Positions 13,914 through 30,589 of a stretch of DNA of 64,000 bases are shown one piece after another (the first letter of the stretch is position 1; each line of letters starts with the position of its first letter). This DNA is from Paraspadella gotoi. Taxonomy: Eukaryota; Animalia; Chaetognatha. Under the pieces are notes generated by a model. The model saw only the letters and a list, made by a program, of their open reading frames with translations, was not told where the DNA came from and ran no database searches. The position numbers and the translations under genes are program-made. The stretch lies in assembly GCA_051294375.1 (NCBI GenBank), contig JBJCIZ010000239.1, positions 4,196,753-4,260,752 on the forward strand, read 5' to 3'.

Positions 13914-14854
13914 TGAACGGCAGGGCGCTTTTCAATTTTGATCCTTAGGGACCCTTGAAAAAATGCGAGTGCAAGTTAGCACTTAAAGATACATTTTTTT
14001 ATATTCCTCTCTCTCTCTCGTCTCTCTCTCTATCTCTCTCTCGTCTTCCCTCTCTCTGCTCTCTCTCTCTTCTTTCGTCTGTCATTGCCTTTTCCATGCC
14101 GAGCTCGAGGATGGAAATCGTGGGGGGAGAGGAGAGAGAGAGAGGACAGATGAGAGAGACTATGACAAGATGGCAGAAATAAAACGAGTGAATTTTTAAG
14201 GAAAAACGAGATTAGATATATGTATACTATAGTAATAATATATAGAATTATCATATATATATTATAGTATATTCTCAATCCGATTAAAGACGAATTCGCT
14301 TGAGCAGGTGCTTAATCTCGACTATAATATTAAACTCAATGCAGTTTACCAGAGACAAAAAAGTGTAGTTAGTACAGTATTCAATATCCAGTAGTCATTG
14401 AAAAACTACGAGTAGGCATAACCGTGATGCAGCAGCATCTCAACAATAGAAAAACTGAAAAACATTAATTAAGATATTCAGCTAAATTTCACAAATATCA
14501 TTTATATTAATATTAATGTGCTTCAGAGGAATCTCCAAAAAATTAATAATTTACTCTCCTTTTATATACAAGGACAAAGTTTTATAACTAACCAAGGAGA
14601 GGAGAGTTCACATTTTAAGAATAAAAGCAAACCAATCTACTAGTTATTATCAACCAATGAGAGACCAGATATACAAACTAAAAAATCCCTTATAAACTCT
14701 TTTAGAGCATCTACGTGTCTAATGAATCAAGATTAAACAAAACTATCAACAACAGAGACACAAGGTTCTCTAAAAAGTTTGAACCCGAATTTTCGCGGGC
14801 TAATTGCTTAGCTTAATGTTCAGTTCAGCCCGACTATAAGAATTAAGGCCAATT

Positions 14855-15050
14855 AAGCATGCATACCTTCAGTCGCGACCCGGGACTCATTAAAATAAAT
14901 CACCATCATTTTCATGACCGATTACGCGGTAGCCGGGATCGATCCGCCAATGGGAAGCGTGAGGACGACGCGTAACACCGCCTTGCACTGTGAAAAACCC
15001 TCAAGCTGGTTATCCAAGCCCAGGCACTCGTTTATTGCAAGCTGAAGGTG
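14855..15050 (+). mobile_element. tRNA-headed SINE-like element, duplicate of the 8577 copy
   Basis: Lies inside the tandem duplication; indel-rich match to 8577-8760. Confidence 0.55.
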
Positions 15051-17133
15051 GGCGCGGAAGCATACGGAGAATAGTTGATCATCCTTATGGCAGTCTCAGG
15101 TTCCCATCCGGCTCGTTGGACATAAATATGCTTTCACACAATTTTATATTAAAAATTGAGAGGCGTAACATTTTTCGCTGAAACACCCCCCTTTTTGTTT
15201 AATCATTACAACTTTACTAAAATATTCAAACTAATCTATAAACCTTTAATAACTTACCGTTTTTCTTAGAAATATAACTCCTAACCCTACCCACTTACCC
15301 CTAAAATCAATCTCGATTTCCCTCTCTCTAAATCTACCTTATGCTTCTTACCTCTAACTCTAGATATCTAACCAAATCCTATCTCAAAACCCAATCTTTA
15401 TCCTAATCCCGTACTCTAAATCAATAAACTAACTTCATTAACGTACTTAAAACTTTAATGTTAAGCTGACATGGTGGCAGGGTTTTTTGAAAATGCACCT
15501 TGAGGTTAATCGTGTACGACACTTATTAGTATTTATATTGTTCTTCTAAGGCTGATAATATATTTATTAAAATGCAATAGATGTTGTCGCAGCTAAACTT
15601 TATCAAAGCAATAACATTAAAAATCTTTAAATGAAAGATTGGTTAAAGCTGAGAGAGACCTAAGCGGGTCCTTTTTAGGAACAGAACCGCGCCTCTCTCT
15701 GCTTTTCTCTTCTCTCTCTTCTCTCTCTCTCTCTTACTCGTCTCTCTCTCACTTCTCTCTCTCATTCTCTAATCTCTCTCTCTCTCTCTCTTCACCGTCT
15801 TTCCTCCCTTCCCGGCGCTGCCCGATTCTTGGAAAAGAAAAAGAACTAACCATAACGAGTAAGTACCTTAGCATATGAATTAAAAACGCGAAGTCTGATT
15901 CTCTCTCTCTCTCTCTCTTCCTCTCTCTCTGCTCTCTCTCTTCTCTCTCTTCTCTCCCCTCCCTCCCCATCTTTTATTCTCGACGTAAAACAAATAAAAG
16001 AGATGAAAAAGAAATTAATTCCACCACCATAGAAAAAGCCATAAACACTACGAAAGAGGAAGAAATGAAAAGAGAGGGGCCTTATTATCCAGCAAAACTC
16101 CCCATTTTCATAATAAATTTAGAATTATGTTTATTTTTTTAGGGTTTAAGATGGATGTGTAGCGGCATTGGCCTAGAGACTTAAGTAAATGATTAGCGTT
16201 AAAAAATTGTGGTTAGGTGTTATTAGGTCACGGGAATTTAAGGTTAGGCGCTTAGGTTTAAGGTTAGCGGTTAACGATTAAGGATTTAACGTAAAGAATT
16301 AAAATTAGCAGATTAAATTAAAATTTTTTTAACAGATTAAGATCAAATATTACGCTGGTATTAAAAAAAAGAATGAAATGTTTTGGAAAATAGAGCTTGT
16401 AATGGAGTAGCGGATAGAACTTGCTCAGAAGAGAGCCGTCCCTTTTTTTAGTCTTGCGGGGGGCGGAGATGCTTTGGTGATGATTGTTGAAGAAATGGAG
16501 AAGAGGAGAGAGAAAAAAAAGAGAGAGAGAGGAGAGAGAGAAGAGGAGAAGAGAGAAGAGAGTCTCCAACTCATCTAAGAAATTTGATAGAGTTTGGATT
16601 AAGTTTAAGAGACCACAAAGCATAGATGGGAGAGGACAGGAGTAAGATGCGATGAGAGTAGAGAAAGGAGGAGAGAAGAGAGAGAGCTAGAAGATGAGAG
16701 AGAGAGACGAGAGGGAGAGATGACAGAGATGAGAGAGAGAGAGTGCGCGAGGCGGAGACAGAAATTGTTAGGAAAGAAGACTAAATGTTGTTGAGCTTGA
16801 TGACTTTTTACGTCACATTATTTACAATTTGCTCGCCTGGAAAGTTACGACACAATTTAATCATTTTAATTCAACATCGCGTACAGACCAATGTGTAGGA
16901 ACGCCCTGGCCCCTGATCCTTGGAAAGATTAAATCTAGTTATTTGAATTAAACGTAAGAACGATTTGTTACCAAGATAGTGTTTAGTCAATAACAAATTG
17001 CGCGAGCATACTGTCTACTGTTGTTACTCTCTACGGGTCAGTTAAAAGACATTCACAATTTTGAGCATATACATAATCAACTCAGAAATCCAAAGATCTC
17101 TATCTCTCTCTGCTATCGTCTCTCTCTTTCTCT

Positions 17134-17181
<48 letters not shown>

Positions 17182-17872
17182 GTCTCTCCTCTCTCGTCTC
17201 TCCTCTCTCCGTCGTCTCTCGTCTCCTCTCTTAGCCCTTGAAAGGCAAAACTTTCTGCGGCTCAGATTTGTTTTACTTGTGGTGGATAGTTTTTGATTTT
17301 TTTTTATCGTCGTCCCATTTTTTACTCGCTTATTCTCTTTGACCTAAGTGGATGCTGGAGGAAGAGGGAGGGAGAGAGATAAGGTTTAGGGAGGATGGGA
17401 GAGAGAGGAAGGAAGAGAGAGAGAGAGAAGGGGATGGGAAAAGGGGGAGGAGGGTGAGATAGCGCGAAGAGAGGAAAGGGAGGAGAAGAGAGGGAGGGAA
17501 GAGGAAGAGGAAGGAGAGGGAGGGAAGGACGCAAGAGAGAAAGAAAGAAGAAAGGGGAGAGGGCCGGCGAAGAGAAGGAGAAAAGGGAGGGAAGAGTNNN
17601 NNNNNNNNNNNNNNNNNNNNNNCTTTCAATTGTAAGCTGACATGTGGACGTTTTTGATAAATGGCTCTTGAGGGTTAATCGTGTCTACACATTATTTAGT
17701 ATTTATTTGCTTCTTCTAAGGCTGATAATATATTATTAAACATGCAAGATGTGTTGCGCAGCTAAACTTTATTCAAAGCAAATAACATTAAAAAATCTTT
17801 TAAATGAAAGTTGGGTTAAAGCTGAGAGAGACCAAAGCGGTCCTTTAGGAAAGACGCGCTCTCCTTCTTCTC

Positions 17873-21466
<3,594 letters not shown>

Positions 21467-21469
21467 TCG

Positions 21470-22123
21470 GAAGAGGAAGAGGAAGAGAGAAAGAAAGAGG
21501 AAGAGGAAAAGAGAGAGGAAGAGGAGGAGAGAGAGGAAGAGGAAGGGAGAGAGGAAGAGGAATAGAAGGGAGGCGACAGGGAGCTCGTGTTTTTGCCAAA
21601 ATCCGTGTTTAGATTTGGAGCTGATTTCCGTCGGACACGAGAAACACGAAACGCGGAAAGAAAAAAACAAAAAAAAAACAACGAAATCAAGGGCGATAAA
21701 GAAAAAGAGGCTAAGGAAGCTTTGTTTTGTGTGTGTCTTTTTTGGGGGGGCTTTTTCTGACAATCTTTTCTAAAAATATGAACATTGAACAATGTTTACT
21801 TATGATTAAATATTGCTGAAAAATTATTAGTAAGGTTACTCGGCGGAAGGAGTGATTTTATGGTTTTTTAAAATAATAATAATGAAAAAAAAATAATAAT
21901 AAATATAATATTAATAAAAATAATACTAATAATATTAAAAATGAGTTTTAAAAAAGAATAAACTTATTAAAAATTAGAAAAATATAACCATAATATTAAT
22001 AAAAACATTTGAATAGATTTTTAGTTTCAAGAGAAGCACAGGACTAAAAAAATGAAAAAGATACAAATTGAAAAAAAGAGGAAAGATCAAAAGTAGAGTG
22101 AGAGAGATGAGAGAGAGGAGAGA

Positions 22124-22158
<35 letters not shown>

Positions 22159-23262
22159 CGGAGAAGAAAGAGAGAGAGAGCGGGCGCGTGAAGTCACACT
22201 CAAAACAAACACTCCATTTCTAGAGATGGAGCCGAAAAAAGAGAGGGAAAGGAGAGGCGGGAGAGAGGATGGAGAGAGAGAGGAGAGGGAGAGAGCGAGA
22301 GAGAGAGAGAGAGATGAGGAGAGAAAGAGAGAGAGAGAGAGAGAAACAGAGAGAGTGACATGCAAAAAAAAACCAGAGCCGAGAGAAAAAGTGAGAAACA
22401 AAAACGCGTTGAGTAAAAAATAAGAAAAAAAAAAATTGTTTTCTTATTTTTCTCCAGTTTTTTCTTCTGTCAATTTTTCGACACTGTTTTCCACAAGCGC
22501 CCATTTATGTTTCTTAATCCTTGAATCTTAAACCCAAATAATTACTAAGCTAAATCTTTTACAATATGCTTAACTCAATTCCGACCCTAACCCTTAGCCA
22601 AATCTATTAACTTAAAAACTCACTTAAATCTGAATAAAGACTGGAATGGGAGGCTTTTGAAAGATGTGTGTTTTGGGGTTTTCTCTTTTTTATTCTGTCG
22701 ATTTTCTTTCGGGTTTAAAAACCAAAAAAAAATTCAAGAGAAGAGAAGAGAAAAAAAATATTGTGGAAAAATTTGTGAAGAAGAGATTTTAAGAGTCACT
22801 TTTCAGATCCAAATGACACGAGAAGAGTTAAAAGCCCGGTTCACGGAGAGAGTTCACAATTCACAGATGTAGACTTGTAACTTTATAGTCACATCTAACT
22901 GTAAAAAAATATAATCGAACCATAAATCAATCGATCAATCAATCAATAAATACAATCAATCAAATCATATAAGACGAATGTATAAAGGGTCATAGTTTTT
23001 CATCTAATATTATTGGAAAAACGGATTTAGTTTTATGGGTTTAGAGTGATCGAGTTAGGTTAGAGGATATGGCGGATTAAGGTGGTTAGGTGCAGATGAC
23101 TATTAAGGTTAGATTAGGGGTTGGTAGATGGAAGGTAGATTAATGTAGGGATAATGAACTATTGGAATTAAAATTAAGTTTTAAAACCGCCCAAAAGAGG
23201 TTAGGTGTTATAAGTTTCGCTGTTTTAACGTGACAATCGAAAATGAGATCAGAATTGTTAGC
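21470..23262 (+). repeat. Paralogous copy of 28290-29403 + 35751-36329 lacking the LTR element (empty site)
   Basis: Colinear on both sides of aataaagact-ggaa-tgggaggcttttgaaagatg (22633-22667); homology ends at ttgttagcg (23262 vs 36329). Confidence 0.9.
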
Positions 23263-24019
23263 GATGATTTATTCCGAGGAATTTTAATTATTGATTTAAG
23301 ATAATTCTCAAAAGTATGTTCATCCTTTCAGAATGTCTTCCCCGCTACTCGATCTGGGAGGCGGTGCTAGAAGAGGAGGAGCTGAGAGGCCGGGAGCACG
23401 GATGAGGGAGCAGTGATCAAAATGCCATGAACCGAGACGAGAGGAGAGAGAGGACAGAGAGAGTGAGAAAGAGTGTCCGCCATAAAGGGGCTGAGCGCCG
23501 ACCCAAACTGTACAGCCTCAAAGTTGCTAAGAGAGAGAAATATATAAGTAATATAGCGGAGAGACGCCCCGAGCCGCGGCTCGACACAACTCTCCAAGGT
23601 GAGGAAAACGTTTTGACGACAAAAACAAAGAAAGGGGGAAAAATCGAAAGGGAAAAGTTGAACCAAAAACCCTTGGCACGATATGCGGAGAATAACACTG
23701 TCCGCGTGCCTCTACCAACTCCCTCTCTCTCTCGTCTCAATCTCTCTCATCTCGTCAATTCTCTCTACTCGTCTCCTCCAGGGGGAGTTCCGGGATTTCT
23801 TCCTCCTTGCCTCTCTCCCATTGAACTCCTCACAACGTCCGTCCTCTCTCTCTCACTGCTATTCCGTGTCCTCTTTCCCTCTACCCTACTCCTCTTTCCT
23901 CTCTCCCGTGCTCGCCTCCCCTCTCTGCTCTCTTTTTCTCTATCTATTTTCACTTCCTTTCATTGAAAACAAAAATAAAAAATATAATATAAAATAAAAA
24001 TTAAATGATATGGTTTTCC

Positions 24020-24705
24020 ACTTCAAAACTTTATCAAGTCAATGAACAAGTAAGCTTGCGAAATCTCCAATACCCAAAACAGTAATTGTTTCATAATTTG
24101 CGTCATCAGCTCGCATAAATCTTGGTCACCTTGCACAAATAATTGATGGTCAATTGAATAGATGCCAATTTTGGAAGATCCACACTGACGGCATAAAAGT
24201 TGGTCTAAGGCCTGAAAATAATTAATCAACTTCATTAAATTGTGGACCTAAACTTAACTTTAAAATTGGAAATATGGAAAACTGAATTACATAATTTGAA
24301 TGGTTTTTTTTAATTAGTTAGCTTTGCTTAATTTGGTTAACCTCGTGCACACTCGAGAGTACGAACTATTCACTTACGGTATGTAGATAGGAGCTTTATA
24401 ATTTGGTAAACTTTCATATTTGGTAGATATTTATAATTTTAATGCGAGAGAGATAGTTACAATCAACTCGCATAATTTGGTCAACTTGCATAAATTTGTT
24501 CAATTTTCATAGATTGTCAATTGGCATAAATTGGTCAACCTGGTATAAATTGGTTAATTTCTTAATTTAGTCACGTCAACATTTTGTCAACTTGCCATAA
24601 TTTGGTTCAACCTTAGATAATTGAGACAACTTGGATAATTGGTCACATTAATTAATTTGGTCAACAATCACTTTAAACAATGAGCCACTTATAATTTTGT
24701 CGATA
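24020..24705. repeat. Degenerate ~18-19 bp minisatellite (AATTTGGTCAACTTGCAT)
   Basis: Recurrent cataatttggtcaacttg units, clearest at 24470-24665. Confidence 0.75.
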
Positions 24706-26130
24706 TGAAAATTGTAACCGCCGAAAAAAAATGAGAGAGAGGAGAAGAGTACGAAATGTGCAAAAAATTTTTTTTTATATAATTGTTCAAAGTAAGTACT
24801 TTTGTTTTTTTCCATTAAAACCCCTTTTCATTTTTTCTACCCACACACAAAAATTTTATCTTAATAATTTTTATAGAATTAAGAGTAGAGCTGGTTTATT
24901 TTTTAATTTCCACTTATAAAAAATAATTAATTAAAAAAATTTAATCTGATTAATTAATTAAATATCAGTCTTAAGTCCCATCCCATATTAGCATTAAAAA
25001 CTCCAATTATTCGTGATAAATAGATGGATTGGAATAAAATTTTGTGTGTGGGTAGAAAAGTATGTGATTGAGCTAGATATAAAGTTTTGCTCACTCCTCT
25101 CTCAAATCGTCAGCTCTACTTAACAACGTGGTTCATCTTAAGCAATCTACAAAATGAGAATTATTAATCTACAAATCTTAAAATAAAATTTATTTTACGA
25201 TGTAGAACTCGTTAAATGTTGATTGAATAGTTTTTATTGTTTTTTTAGGGGGCTCCATAATTTCACTAAGTAGGTCTGTCAGTCCTGCCCATATTTGTTT
25301 GGTGATTATTTAATTTCCTTTTTTAAATATCAATTATGAATATTTTTGTTAAAAAAATTATGTCTCTCTATCAGTCTAATCAGTATGTCCATTCAACAAA
25401 AAAAAAGGAAAAAAATTTTTAAAAAAAAAGAAATAAAATAAAAGAAAAAAAAGAAAGACAATGACTGATTAGCTTTTTACCAGCACAAATTTGTTGTGGT
25501 CGACTTACATTGTTTGCTAAAACTTGTTTTCTATAATCTTTTAACTGAAATAAAATAATTGGGTTAAAAAAATACAAATATTATAATTTTTAGATAAAAT
25601 ATGAAATAAAATGAGTAACAAATAATTTGAAAAAATATGTATATTTAATTCAGTTAAAATAAACAAGTTTTGAAAGAGAGGAGAGAGGACCACACGCCTG
25701 ATGCTATAAAACAGAGAGAGAGGAAAAAAGAAAGAGTGAATGAGAAAGAGAGAAGAACCCCACACGACGCCAGAAAAAGGGAGAGAGAAAGAGAGAGATA
25801 ACAGAACAGGGAGAAATATTCTCAGATATAATACACATAGTCCAGGAAGTATATTTTCTCATCTAAACTTTTTGCCTCTCTTTACATCACCCAGGGGAGG
25901 CAGTTTTTTGCTTCCCCAAGGGGTTACCCTCCAAGGGCAGACTTTTCTTTGGCCCCCGCAGGGGGCTAAGCTAGGGGCGCCCTAATAAGACCCAAAAATG
26001 TTGCCCAGGGTGGACCCCCTGGGGCGGCCCTGAGGCAATCCAGAGGGGCGCCCCTGCAATGACCATTTTGTCTGCTCCCCCTGGAATAAGTCTGCCCCTG
26101 GGGCCNNNNNNNNNNNNNNNNNNNNNNNNN

Positions 26131-26531
26131 CCTTACCGCTAAATCTAATCTCCGGGATTCCCTCTCTCTAATCCCTAACCTTAACTTCCTTAAACCCTCA
26201 AAACCTAATATCAACCAAATCCTATCTCAAACCCCAAATCTTTATCCTATCGTAACTCTAATCAATAAACTAACTTATTAACGTACTTTAAACTTTAATG
26301 TAGGCTGACATGTGGAGGTTTTTTGAAAATGCTCTTGAGGTTAATCGTGTACCATATTAGTATATTGGTTTCTTCTAACTGGATAATAATATTTATTAAA
26401 TGCAAGAATGGTCCGCAGCTAACTTTATCAAAGAATAACAATTAAAAATCTTTAAGATGAAAATTGGTTAAAGTGAGAGAGACCAAGGTCCTTTAGGAAA
26501 GACGCGCTGCTCTCTCTCTCTCTTTCTCTTC

Positions 26532-26596
<65 letters not shown>

Positions 26597-27283
26597 TCCT
26601 TCCTTTCCCGGGCTGCCCATTCTTTGAAAAAGAAAAAGAACAACCATACACGAGTAAGATCCTTAGCATATGAATTAAAAACGAAGACGATCTCGATCTC
26701 TCTCTCTCTCTCTTCTCCTCTCTCTCTCTCTCATCTCTCTCTCTCTCTCTCCCTCCCTCCCCATCTTTTATTCTCGACGTAAAACAAATAAAAGAGATAA
26801 AAAATTAATTTCCAACCACCATAGAAAACATAAAACATACGAAGAGGAAGAAATGAAAGAGAGGGGCATTATTTTTCCGCAGACTCCCCATTTCATAATA
26901 CAATTTAGAATTAATGTTATTTTTTTTTTCGGGGTTTAAGATGATGTTTTAGGGAATTAGGCTTAGAGATTAAGTAAATGATTAGGTTAAAAATTGTGGT
27001 TAGTGATTAGGGTAAGGGATTCAGGTTAGGCTTAGGTTTAAGGTTAGGGTTAACGATTAGGTTAATGTAAAGAATTAAAATTAGCAGATTAAATTCACAA
27101 ATTTTTTTTTACAGATTAGATCAAATATACGCTGGTATACAAAAAAGAAGATGAAAGTTTTTTGGGAAAATAGAGCCTGTAATGGAGTAGGAGAACTAGA
27201 ACTTGCTCGAAGAGAGCCCGTCGTTTTTTTTGGGGGGGGGGAGTGCTTTGGTGATTGTTGAAGAAATGGAGGAAGAGAGAGAG

Positions 27284-27322
<39 letters not shown>

Positions 27323-27456
27323 AGCAGAGAGAGAGAAGTCCAACTCCTCTAAGAATAATTGTAAGTTTTTTGGATTAAGTTTAAGAGACGCACAAAGAGG
27401 AGACAGAGTAAGATGGAGAAGGGAGAGTAAGATGGAGAGAGGGAGAGAGAGAGAGA

Positions 27457-27495
<39 letters not shown>

Positions 27496-28290
27496 GAGAG
27501 AGAGCGAGGAGTGGGAGGACGACAAATTGTTAAAAAACAAATGTGTGACTTGTGACATTTTCGTCATTATTTCATTTGTCGCCTGGGAGAGTCGACCACA
27601 AATTTCTTTTATGCAATCGGTACAACCAATGTGAAACAGCCTGGCCCTGATCTTGGACAGAGTAAATTATTTGAATTAAACGTAAGAAATTGTTTAAAAA
27701 AGTTAGTCAAAAATTCGGCGATTTTACTGGAAAAATATAATAATCTTTCACATGGAAGCCTCTTGGGGTCTCTCTCTCTCTTTCCTCTCTCTATCTCTCT
27801 CGCTATCTCTTCTCTCTCTCTCTCACATCTCTCTCTCTCTCTCCTTCTCTCTTCTCTTCTCTCTCTCTCTCTCCCGTCTCCTCAACTCTCTCCCTCTCCC
27901 TCTCTCATCTCTAGGCCCTGAAGGCAAAACATCTTCTGCGGCTCAGAATTTGTTTACTTGTTATATTTTGATTTTTTTTTTTTCGTCCATTTTTTTAACG
28001 TCCCTTTTTCTTTTTGGAACTAAGTGGATGCATGGAGGGAGAGAAGGTAGGGAGAGAGAAGGTTTAGGAGATGAGAGAAGGAGGAAGAGAGAGAGAGAGA
28101 AGGAGGGAAAGGGGGAGAGGTGAGATAGGCGAAGCAGGAAAGGAGGAGAGAGAGGGAGAAGAGGAAGAGAGGAAAGGGAGGAAGAGCAAGAGAGAAAGAA
28201 AGAGGAAAAGGGAGAGGAAGAGGGAGGAGAGGGAGGAAGAGGGAAGAGGAGAGAGAAAAGAAAGAGAAGAGGAAAAGAGAGAGGAAGAGG
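26131..28290 (+). repeat. Direct copy of ~15290-17597
   Basis: Anchors 26270/15420, 26780/15985, 27640/16900, 27920/17240, 28020/17344; begins immediately after a 25-N gap. Confidence 0.85.
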
Positions 28291-29403
28291 AGGAGAGCAG
28301 AGGAAGAGGAAGGGAGAGAGGAAGAGGAATAGAAGGGAGGCGACAGGGAGCTCCGGTTTTGCCAAACCCGTGTTTTAGATTTGGAGCTGATTTCCAGTCG
28401 GACACGAGAACACGAACGCGGAAAGAAAACCAAAAAAAAAAAACAACGAAAACAAGGCGATAAAGAAAAAGAGGCTAAGAAAGGATAAAATAAGAAAAAA
28501 GTAACGATGCTTTGTTTGGTGTGTGTCTTTTTTTGGGGGGCTTTTTCCTGACAATCTTTTCTAAAAATATGAACATTGAACAATGTTTACTCTATGATTA
28601 AATATTGCTGAAAAATTTATTAGTAAGGTTACTCGGCGGAAGGAGTGATTTTATGGTTTTTTTTTTAAAATAATAATAAGAAAAAAATAATAAATAATAA
28701 ATATAATATTATAAAAAATAATACTATATATTAATGGCTTTAGAAAAGAATAAACTTATTAAAATTAGAAAAAATATAACCATAATATTAGATAAATAAC
28801 AAATTGAATAGATTTTTTAGTTTCAGATAAGAAGAAGCACCGGACTAAAAAAAATGAAAAAGATACAAAATGAAAAAAAGGGAAAGATAAAAAAAAGGTA
28901 GAGTGAGAGAAGGAAGAGAGAGAGAGAGAGAGAGAGAAGAGAGAGAGCGGAGAGAAGAGATGAGGGAGAAGGGCCGTTGAAAGTCACCACCCAAAACAAA
29001 CACTCCATTTCTAGGATGACGCCGAAAAGAGGAAAAGGAGAGAGGCGAGAAGAGGAGAAGAGCGAGAGAGAGAGAGAGAGGAGAGAGAGAGGAGAGAGAG
29101 AGAGAAACAGAGAGATGCATGCAAAAAAAAAACCAGGACCGTAGAGAAAAAAGTGAGAAACAAAACGGAGTTTGAGTAAAAAATAAGAAAAAAAAATTTT
29201 TCTTATTTTTCTCCAGTTTTTCTTTCTGTCAATTTTCGACACTGTTTTCCACAAGCGCCCATTTTATGTTTTTATCCTTGAACCTTAAACCCAATAATTA
29301 CTAAGCTAAATCTTTTACAATATGCTTAACTCAAATTCCGACCCTAACCCTTAGCCAATCTATTTAACTTAAAAACTCACTTAAATCTGAATAAAGACTG
29401 GAA

Positions 29404-29889
29404 TGTGGCGAGGCTCCAGGGTCGCGAAGAGGGTGACAAGAGTTTGAACGTTGTGAACAGAGCACTAATGACATGACGATGATGACTTTATCGAGAGGCG
29501 CATGTAAAGCAGGGAAAGTGCATGTCACGTGATTAAAGAAGCACTTGTTTTATGCAACATTGATTTTGTTTCATGAGAATAAAAAGTAGTTGATTCGAAT
29601 TGCGGTTTTTAATTAAAAACAGTTTCTCACAACTTTAATAAATGTAGTCAGTTACATTTAGAGAAGAATTAAAACCATTTGGTCTTCATGATTGATAAGA
29701 ATGTTTTTATTTCAGAGTGAATACAAGAAGTGAATAAAAACGAGGAATAAGACGTTCTCAGGTAACAAATCATGAATAAAGGCAGTTGCAATTATTACAG
29801 AGCCATCTGTTATGTGCGGAAAGAATCCAAACGGTTTTAACTGAAAACAAAAGGTCTTCGAATCTGTTTTAATACCTCAGGTGGCCACA
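29404..29889 (-). repeat. 3' LTR
   Basis: Begins tgtggcgaggctccagggtcgcg and ends caggtggccaca (TGTGGC/GCCACA terminal inverted repeat); colinear with 35273-35746. Confidence 0.95.
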
Positions 29890-29900
29890 TTGCCCTCCTG
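29890..29900 (-). promoter_or_regulatory. Polypurine tract (plus-strand primer)
   Basis: Minus strand reads CAGGAGGGCAA immediately before the TG of the 3' LTR. Confidence 0.7.
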
Positions 29901-30589
29901 TTGTATATTGGGTAAACGAAATATTACTACAAAATTTGTTGTCGTCCATTCTGAGTGATTGGAAAGTTGATGATAAATTACTAAAATAATTATATACAAA
30001 TTATAGAATTGTTGGTCTAAAGGAGACCGGTTGAAACATGCAACAATTAAACATTTCTTTCAAATCCATAACAATCCATAAAGTTTCATAACATTCAAGA
30101 TTTCAAAAATTACTAAAAAATTGGAAATTTCAAAACGAATATATAATTCTAAATAAATATGGTACAATTGGCAGTCGGAGCTTTCCGGGAGGAAGCCGCT
30201 CCGACTGTGATTACGGTCTGAGACAGCAGGGGGGTTTGTTTTTTATGTCTTTTTGTTGTTGTTATTGTGTTAATGTTCTTTTTTGTCTTTTTAACATTTC
30301 CTTTGTACAACTGAATGGTTTGGTCGATTATTGTTTGGACATCTTCGAGAGGAGTTGTCGGCGGCGGTGTCTAGAGAATCTCTCCATAAGGGGGGAAGAG
30401 AGGGGGGAGGAGGAGGGAGGGAGGAGGAGACGGATTGGGTGAACGCTGGCGAGTTGGAGTTATTGAGCGAGTTTTGATCGAGACGTTGGCATTGGTCTCC
30501 GAGTTCTTGGACCTGTGGACGAGACCCGCTGGGGGCGTCGCTGAGGATGGTCTAGGTCGAGTTTCAGCGTTCGTCGCCGATCGAGGTGG

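Larger units (their letters stand above)
2430..15460 (+). repeat. Direct tandem duplication of ~6.5 kb (copy 1 ~2430-9135, copy 2 ~9140-15460)
   Basis: Colinear anchors: 2490/9200, 2990/9690, 5180/11120, 5530/11485, 6790/12965, 7260/13468, 8030/14270, 8580/14858, 9120/15440. Differences are dominated by indels; 3180-4960 is a very noisy version of 9890-10900. Confidence 0.9.

Noticed and set aside
24088-24110. Minus-strand CTGATGA...GAAAC hammerhead-like match
   Set aside because: No G-C-closed stem II and no stem I; lies inside the minisatellite.
29900-30430. env-like third ORF in the Gypsy element
   Set aside because: Only ~500 bp of AT-rich, stop-rich sequence between the integrase tail and the PPT.
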